From Pseudomonas sp. PLMAX (GTDB taxonomy: Bacteria; Pseudomonadota; Gammaproteobacteria; Pseudomonadales; Pseudomonadaceae): 32,000 nt of DNA. The notes beneath the pieces were generated by a model. The model saw nothing but the letters and a program-made list of their open reading frames with translations, searched no databases and was not told where the DNA came from. The stretch covers positions 483,475 through 515,474 of the forward strand of contig NZ_CP064950.1 of NCBI RefSeq assembly GCF_046042685.1, written 5' to 3'. A program made the position numbers and the translations under genes. Shown one piece after another: positions 27,125 to 32,000 of the stretch; within the stretch, counting starts at the first letter, position 1, and each line of letters begins with the position of its first letter.

Positions 27125-27517
27125 ATGAGAAGCCCAATAGGAAATTTGAACTCGCTAAAGGCACAAAGGGATGCCTTGTCAAGACGTATCGACAAACTTG
27201 AGAAAGACAACGAGATAATCACCAAATTTGCACAGAAAGTCATGACTGAAGCCAAAGAGCTTGGTATTTCAAAGCGCGACCTTGCTCTAGCGATTGACCC
27301 AGAATTAGACCGTAACCGTGGCTCTAAAGCAGATAAAATTGCTGATCTGATTACCGACTCAACCAAACGTGCGCCTAGAAAAGTGAAGTGCTACACGAAC
27401 CCACACAATGGGGAAAAAATTGAAACAAAGGGTGGTAACCACAAGGGCCTGAAAGCCTGGAAAGACGAATACGGCGCCGCCGTAGTAGAGACTTGGGCCA
27501 AGTACGTACAGAGTTAG
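27125..27517 (+). CDS. H-NS-family nucleoid-associated protein (divergent DNA-binding loop)
   Basis: 130 aa. The N-terminal coiled-coil 'LNSLKAQRDALSRRIDKLEKDNEIITKFAQKVMTEAKELGISKRDLALAI' is typical of H-NS dimerisation domains. The C-terminal 'RKVKCYTNPHNGEKIETKGGNHKGLKAWKDEYG' aligns with the H-NS 'KYxYxDxNGExKTWTGQGRTPxxIKKAMDExG' module, but the TWTGQGR core is replaced by IETKGGNHK. Confidence 0.6.
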   Translation: MRSPIGNLNSLKAQRDALSRRIDKLEKDNEIITKFAQKVMTEAKELGISKRDLALAIDPELDRNRGSKADKIADLITDSTKRAPRKVKCYTNPHNGEKIETKGGNHKGLKAWKDEYGAAVVETWAKYVQS

Positions 27518-27523
27518 CCAAAT

Positions 27524-27552
27524 TGCAGAGGGCTGCGTGTCAGCCCTCTGCA
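27524..27552. terminator. Hairpin between convergent H-NS-like and Tus-like genes (probable terminator)
   Basis: TGCAGAGGGCTG-CGTGT-CAGCCCTCTGCA: a 12-bp perfect stem. The flanking U-runs are weak (GTTATTT on plus, AATTTGG on minus). Confidence 0.55.
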
Positions 27553-27553
27553 G

Positions 27554-28408
27554 TTATTTCGCGTAGGGGTAGATCGGCAGCGTCTTAATCAGAGGCTCTT
27601 CGGCAAGTTTTTTGTCTGAGCGCGTGCCGCGATTCGTTCTTTTCCAATCATCTTTCACAGGCAGCGAAAGCGTGTGGTTTATTGCCTCAGGTCTCTCGTT
27701 GAGAAACAATATAGGCAAGAACATTGGAATGGTTTTAGTGAGATTTGATTTTTCCCTAAAGATGTTGGCTTTATAATAACCAGCCAATGGCGTCACCTTA
27801 GCTAGAGTTTGCCCTTTAGGAAGTCCCTCAATAAGATCATAATCGGCCTGATAACCATCACTATCAAAACCAAGCGATTCAAGCTCAGCGAGAACTTTTT
27901 TGCGTGTCATTCTCTTGATGCTTTTACCACCAGACGAATAGGAAAACCCTATGGTATGAGGCTGGTAGTCAAGCACTGGAATATGACGATTGCAGAGTCG
28001 AAGAGAGAGTCGACCAAGCCCGAGGTCTGACAAGGCATTGCGAGTTACTTTGTTTTTCCAGGCTTTGGATGGCGCATCATCACCCCGCCCTTTGACGCGG
28101 TCTTGAAGGATCTGGACTGCGGCCTTAAATCTATCCTTGCAGAGATTCACGTGCTGAGCGAGCGCCAATACTCGCTCATCTACACCAATCGCACCGATAC
28201 AAACGGTGGTGTGCCGGCCATCTGCAACACCTGAGTTCCACAGGTTTCCAATCGCTGATGCTGCATGCTCAACACCAGCGTCACCCGTCAAAAACTCGCC
28301 TGGGGATGAGGCAATGAAGGTTTGACTCGTGTGTTTGAGTTCATCAGTTAGTTCGACCAGAGCCAGCTGCAACTGATCGTAGCTATCCTTCAGCAATATG
28401 ATTTCCAA
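27554..28408 (-). CDS. tus: Tus-like replication terminus-binding protein
   Basis: 284 aa with a TTG start and a GAGG RBS 8 nt upstream. By-eye colinear similarity to E. coli Tus:
- 'RLCNRHIPVLDYQPHTIGFSYSSGGKSIKRMTRKKVLAELESLG' vs '[39 protein letters not shown]'
- 'DYDLIEGLPKGQTLAKV' vs 'EYQDIAALPQNAKLKIK'
- 'IPMFLPILFLNER' vs 'CPTPLIALINRD'
- the terminal 'PLIKTLPIYPYAK' vs 'PLRLIIPRLHLYVAD'. Confidence 0.6.
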   Translation of the reverse strand: MEIILLKDSYDQLQLALVELTDELKHTSQTFIASSPGEFLTGDAGVEHAASAIGNLWNSGVADGRHTTVCIGAIGVDERVLALAQHVNLCKDRFKAAVQILQDRVKGRGDDAPSKAWKNKVTRNALSDLGLGRLSLRLCNRHIPVLDYQPHTIGFSYSSGGKSIKRMTRKKVLAELESLGFDSDGYQADYDLIEGLPKGQTLAKVTPLAGYYKANIFREKSNLTKTIPMFLPILFLNERPEAINHTLSLPVKDDWKRTNRGTRSDKKLAEEPLIKTLPIYPYAK

Positions 28409-28479
28409 TTTTCTACCCTCAGCTCCAAGCTTCGGGCCGATCCTAAACTGGAAATCTCAATTTGTATAGCCATAGGCCA

Positions 28480-28511
28480 CAAACGAAAATGCTCGACCGA
28501 AGTCGAGCATT
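28480..28511 (-). terminator. Rho-independent terminator (minus strand) after the Rsm-like gene
   Basis: The minus strand reads AATGCTCGAC-TTCG-GTCGAGCATT followed by TTTCGTTTG. 10-bp stem 28488-28497 / 28502-28511. Confidence 0.75.
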
Positions 28512-28528
28512 CTGTGACATCACATAAC

Positions 28529-28867
28529 TCAGCCGTAGGCTCGAGCGATATCAGGTACTTCGCCGGGGATGATTTCCTCGCGCATAAGGGTCAGAGCATT
28601 CGAACACTTAAGCCCGATCCTTGCTGTGCCCTTCGGAGCTTCTTCCTGCTGTTGACCTGCAACCTCAGTCGTGAAATGACGACGGCCAGTTGCGGTTACT
28701 TCTACCAAAGTGATCATCACGCCTTCACGTGCAGCGGCAAGGATCTCTTCATCGGAAGCTTTTGGATTAGCGGTAACAAAGATACGCTCACCAACTCTAC
28801 GAGAAAGCACCAGGCCAGCACCAGCGACAGCTGTATTTCCCTCAATTTTCACTTTTTTACGATTCAC
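28529..28867 (-). CDS. csrA: CsrA/RsmA-family RNA-binding protein of the RsmN/RsmF (internal-helix) type, with extra insertion and N-terminal extension
   Basis: The track ORF starts at ATG 28930, but GTG 28867 has an AGGAG RBS about 7 nt upstream (MNRKKVKIEGNTAVAGAG...). 'LVLSRRVGERIFV' equals CsrA beta1 (LILTRRVGE). 'ASDEEILAAAREGVMITLVEV' matches the helix-then-strand order of RsmN (AEELIRQLREGGIRILVTD). 'ARIGLKCSNALTLMREEI' equals the CsrA 'RIGVNAPKEVSVHREEI' segment. A ~23-aa insert (TATGRRHFTTEVAGQQQEEAPKG) lies in the hairpin between them. Confidence 0.7.
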   Translation of the reverse strand: MNRKKVKIEGNTAVAGAGLVLSRRVGERIFVTANPKASDEEILAAAREGVMITLVEVTATGRRHFTTEVAGQQQEEAPKGTARIGLKCSNALTLMREEIIPGEVPDIARAYG

Positions 28868-28932
28868 GGCCTTACTCCTGCCTAGTAATTGGGCCGTATC
28901 TTGACAGAAAAACGAATGTTGGCAATACATTT

Positions 28933-29718
28933 CTATTGTTTGGTCTCATCACCCTCAGAAGCTGGCTTTTTGGCATTCTTTGCAGGTGGGCCGCTACGAA
29001 CCGTTTTCTTCATCCCTGGCCCGGTTCGCTGCCAAGGTTTCGCGTTCGCCTGCTCTGCTTCAATCCGGGCTCTTGTGAGCATGCTTTTGGCTTTTGACCC
29101 AAGGGCTACAAGCATGTCCTTGTGTGAATGGTCTGGAGTGATGATTGCTAGTTGTGCGCAAACGGTCTGGATTTGGTCGAAGTCATCAGCGAACCACACC
29201 ACCTTCTCCATGTAGGTGTAAACCGACACAATCCAGGCCTCATGACTCATTTCATGAAAGATAGCCAGTGCCTGCATCGACTGTTTCAGCTTAAGGAGCC
29301 CGTCTGCACTCAAGAAGCCCTCAAGCCTCGCCCAGAAGCCATTCGGGATAGGCGCAATGAGCGCAGCCGAGCGAAGCATGGCCACGAAATCCTCACCGCT
29401 GATCAATGATTTCTCAAACCGCTTCAGGGCAAACTTTAGGGCCTCTGTGTGGATCTGCTGAAGACTGGTTGGAATGCGCCCATTGAGCCCATTACGTGCA
29501 AGCCTGCAAATCTGATCGAAGGCGCAGAACCTTGCCCTGACGGTCAATTCTGCGAAGAGGCGATCCTCCTGAACATTGAGAAGCTCGGCCCTCACATCAC
29601 CCAGTAAAGGCTCACAGGCTACAGGCTCCTTCCATGGGTACGCATAGACGTAATAGGCCTTCCTTGACCTAAGGATGAGCGACAGATCAGCGTCTGTATA
29701 GGTCACCAAATCAAACAT
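28933..29718 (-). CDS. Hypothetical protein (261 aa) with basic Lys/Pro/Ala-rich C-terminal tail
   Basis: ORF between the 317-aa gene (5-nt gap) and the Rsm-like gene. The tail is 'KPWQRTGPGMKKTVRSGPPAKNAKKPASEGDETKQ'. No other motif recognised. Confidence 0.7.
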   Translation of the reverse strand: MFDLVTYTDADLSLILRSRKAYYVYAYPWKEPVACEPLLGDVRAELLNVQEDRLFAELTVRARFCAFDQICRLARNGLNGRIPTSLQQIHTEALKFALKRFEKSLISGEDFVAMLRSAALIAPIPNGFWARLEGFLSADGLLKLKQSMQALAIFHEMSHEAWIVSVYTYMEKVVWFADDFDQIQTVCAQLAIITPDHSHKDMLVALGSKAKSMLTRARIEAEQANAKPWQRTGPGMKKTVRSGPPAKNAKKPASEGDETKQ

Positions 29719-29723
29719 CGAGC

Positions 29724-30677
29724 TTACCTCGCGGTTTTTTCGGTCTCCCAGACAACAGGGATGGCCGGTTCCATATAGTCCTGCCTGCGGCTGCTTTGAC
29801 TGCCCGGCAGGCGTGTTAACTCTTGATGTGATTCAGGCTCGGGTTCCACTTCCAATTTTGGAGGTTGCGCCCCAGAACATTCGTCATCAATTGACATGAA
29901 TTTGAAGGTTGGCCTGAACGTGCACTCAATCCCGGCTTTTCTGAGCCTACTTTCGGCGGTTCCGCAGGTCAGGATAGGCTTGGCGTCGTCTTTTACGCTG
30001 ACTAGGCCGTAGACAACGTGAGAGGAATCCCTGGTATCACGGGCGAATATGGTGAAGTCCTGGCGCAGCTGGGCTTCAACCTGTTCTTCCGGATTCCCGC
30101 TGTTAACGACACATATGGCGAAGATGCCTGGTGGGATTTCCTTGTGCACGCCGGCGTCGGCCAGCAGGCTTGCTATGCCGATTACCAGGCGATCAACCTG
30201 CAGGATGATGAACTCTTTGAAGGCTGTTTCCAACTGATGCGTTTGCAGGATGTTCAGCGTGTCTTCTGTGGAGACAACGTTGCGATCATCAGAAAACTCA
30301 AACCGCTCTACCTTGCGCATCTGGCGCCAATCGCACCTAAGGCCAAGCTCGGCACCCAGATCTACAAGCCCCTGGCGAACGCCTGTGCGCTCACAGAGAT
30401 AGGACTCAACCTGAACCGAATAGCTGATGCGCCCCATCGTGAATCCGATATTGAGCGAAAGCGGATACTCGTCCGGGATATTGAAGTTCAGGCTCAAAGT
30501 CCCGTAATTGCCCATACACATGGCGTCTTCAGGCCTAGGCAACACGATTTGCCTCGGGTCTTTTCCGCTCACGACTGCGGTATGCAGGTCGCTGTAGGAC
30601 TTACGGTGAAGTGATTCCAGAATACCGCGAAAAATAGCCTCTCGGAGCTGCTCAAACGACAGGGCAATTGCGGACAT
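29724..30677 (-). CDS. Hypothetical protein (317 aa), first gene of the Rsm-like operon
   Basis: Long ORF divergent from the Mfd-like gene. No motif recognised. Confidence 0.7.
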   Translation of the reverse strand: MSAIALSFEQLREAIFRGILESLHRKSYSDLHTAVVSGKDPRQIVLPRPEDAMCMGNYGTLSLNFNIPDEYPLSLNIGFTMGRISYSVQVESYLCERTGVRQGLVDLGAELGLRCDWRQMRKVERFEFSDDRNVVSTEDTLNILQTHQLETAFKEFIILQVDRLVIGIASLLADAGVHKEIPPGIFAICVVNSGNPEEQVEAQLRQDFTIFARDTRDSSHVVYGLVSVKDDAKPILTCGTAESRLRKAGIECTFRPTFKFMSIDDECSGAQPPKLEVEPEPESHQELTRLPGSQSSRRQDYMEPAIPVVWETEKTAR

Positions 30678-30741
30678 TACAACCTCGCATTTTTTCTTTT
30701 TATTTAGCCATGTAATCCCAGTTAAATCCAGTGTTTTGACC

Positions 30742-30770
30742 TTGCCATGATATCAATTTATTAGTATACT
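30742..30770 (+). promoter_or_regulatory. Candidate sigma-70 promoter of the Mfd-like gene
   Basis: TTGCCA (30742-30747), a 17-nt spacer, then TATACT (30765-30770), in an AT-rich 116-bp divergent intergenic region. Confidence 0.45.
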
Positions 30771-30793
30771 TTTTGCCAATAGCCAGCCTAACA

Positions 30794-32000
30794 ATGGGAA
30801 GCATGATGCTCTGGTTCGATATTAAAGGCGCTTCACGCGCTATCGCTTACGCGAATTACCATGCAGTAAAAGGCGGATTGATTATCACCGCCAATGAGCA
30901 GGACGCTAAAACACTTCGTCAAGAAATGGCTTTCTTTGAGCCTAGTCTTGAGGGACGTTTGATTTATCTTCCTGATAGCGAAACTCTGCCATTCGACCTT
31001 CAGAAGGCCCCTGCTGTCATCATGAGTCAGCGGGCGCATGCTTTTAATCGCCTCGTAAGTGGTGACGCCTCCAACTTGGTAGTGATCCTGTCAGCAAGTA
31101 ATTGCATGCGTATCATTTCCGGGCCATCGTTCTGGACAGGTCAGGTTAAACATCTGACCCCAGGCGTAAAACTATGCGACTTCTTCGGTGATCGACTTCC
31201 ACAGTCCCTGAGTGCGATGGGTTATGAATATGCCCCACGTGTAAAGAGCCCAGGTACTTGGTCTCGTCGCGGTCTGGTGCTCGATATCTACCCAGTGGGT
31301 ATGTCCATTCATGATGGTATTGCCGAGCACATGGCAGTCCGCATCCTGATGAACCACGATGAAGAAATCGTCAGCATTCGAAAGCTCGACACCCTGACTC
31401 AAGAATCCACAAAACCGGTTATTGAGCAATTTGATCTCTTCCCTAACCGGGAATACGCAATCACGAAAGCATCCTGCGAGAGCTTTCGCCGGGCTGCGTT
31501 CTCTGCGCATGAGGAGCCTAGGTCGACCGAGAGTTACAAGTGCGTCAGTCGCCAAGAGGATCACCCTGAGCTGGCTTCGTGGATCGCGCTCCCCAATACC
31601 GACTACACGAATGTGTTGGCCATTGCCCCTGGCGACTCCGTCATTTTTGATGGTGACGCTGAGGCAGCATTCCAGCGCCAAGCCACTCTCGTCGAAAGTC
31701 GTCATCTCGATGTTAAAGACGACAACAGCCGGCTGTGCCCTCCGACTCACTTCTCGTGGTTGAGCCCTGAGAGCGTCCATGAAGCACTGAAAGGTAAGCA
31801 GTATTGCCGCCTTGAGCGCACAGGCGGCGCCAGCGGCATGGAGCGACCAGGTACACTGAGTGCTGCGGTCGGCCTGCTGAAGACCATGCTCTCTGATGGC
31901 GTCCCTACTCTTTTCGTCATGAAGAGCCAGGTTCGCATGCGCAACATCGGCACTATCTGCCGCATGTGCGCACACCCTGCCTCTACGGTGCCTAGCTTCA
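30794..32000 (+). CDS. mfd: Mfd-like transcription-repair coupling factor paralogue (N-terminal UvrB-homology module; ORF open to the right edge, absent from the ORF track)
   Basis: Own translation from ATG 30794 (alternative starts at 30803 and 30806) gives 402 codons with no stop up to position 32000. Matches to E. coli Mfd:
- '...LIITANEQDAKTLRQEMAFFEPSLEGRLIYLPDSETLPFDLQKAPAVIMSQRAHAFNRL' vs 'LIAPDMQNALRLHDEISQF...NLADWETLPYDSFSPHQDIISSRLSTLYQL'
- 'WSRRGLVLDIYPVG' vs 'YATRGALLDLFPMG'
- 'DEEIVSIRKLDTLTQES' vs 'DDEIDSLRVFDVDSQRT'
- 'RLCPPTHFSWLSPESVHEALK' vs 'PLLPPQSLWLRVDELFSELK'. Confidence 0.78.
   Translation, partial: MGSMMLWFDIKGASRAIAYANYHAVKGGLIITANEQDAKTLRQEMAFFEPSLEGRLIYLPDSETLPFDLQKAPAVIMSQRAHAFNRLVSGDASNLVVILSASNCMRIISGPSFWTGQVKHLTPGVKLCDFFGDRLPQSLSAMGYEYAPRVKSPGTWSRRGLVLDIYPVGMSIHDGIAEHMAVRILMNHDEEIVSIRKLDTLTQESTKPVIEQFDLFPNREYAITKASCESFRRAAFSAHEEPRSTESYKCVSRQEDHPELASWIALPNTDYTNVLAIAPGDSVIFDGDAEAAFQRQATLVESRHLDVKDDNSRLCPPTHFSWLSPESVHEALKGKQYCRLERTGGASGMERPGTLSAAVGLLKTMLSDGVPTLFVMKSQVRMRNIGTICRMCAHPASTVPSF

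Noticed and set aside
31172-31975. 267-aa minus-strand ORF (plus 30833..31039 and 31747..31965) listed in the ORF track at the right end
   Set aside because: The plus-strand frame across the same DNA is open from 30794 to the window edge and matches Mfd motifs. The minus-strand products are Ala/Arg/His-rich with no motifs.

Overview
The window is gene-dense, with about 30 protein-coding genes. I saw no rRNA, tRNA, CRISPR array, IS element, transposase, integrase or phage structural gene. It reads like the maintenance and accessory backbone of a very large plasmid or similar mobile replicon from a Pseudomonas-like gammaproteobacterium; this is inference from gene content and GC/codon feel, not a database hit.

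Genes I recognise:
- NAD-dependent DNA ligase (ligA).
- Thymidylate kinase (tmk).
- A DEDDh (ERI-1/KapD-type) 3'-5' exonuclease.
- A YfbR-like HD 5'-deoxynucleotidase followed by an FCP1/HAD-type phosphatase, a membrane protein and a TerD-domain protein.
- An HNH-type nuclease.
- A large ExoU/VipD-style patatin phospholipase.
- An H-NS-family protein with a near-consensus promoter.
- A Tus-like replication-terminator protein.
- An RsmN/RsmF-type CsrA homologue.
- The N-terminal ~400 aa of an Mfd-like protein. It runs off the right edge, so it is missing from the ORF track.

Most interesting observations:
1. A four-gene Wadjet/MksBEFG-like SMC operon lies at the left end. Its gene order is SMC-KITE-kleisin-JetD rather than the canonical A-B-C-D. 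The JetD-like gene runs off the left edge and is also missing from the ORF track.
2. A conserved C-terminal heptapeptide, basic-x-[FY]-x-x-[ED]-L-[GSC]-[VIF]-COOH, ends five or six otherwise dissimilar large ORFan proteins.
3. One of those proteins is a GHKL ATPase fused to an HExxHxxxxxH metallopeptidase-like module, in a coupled operon.
4. A patatin gene is translationally coupled to an ORFan.

About half of the proteins have no function I can assign. Functional calls are from motif reading by eye, so they need HMM and structure confirmation.
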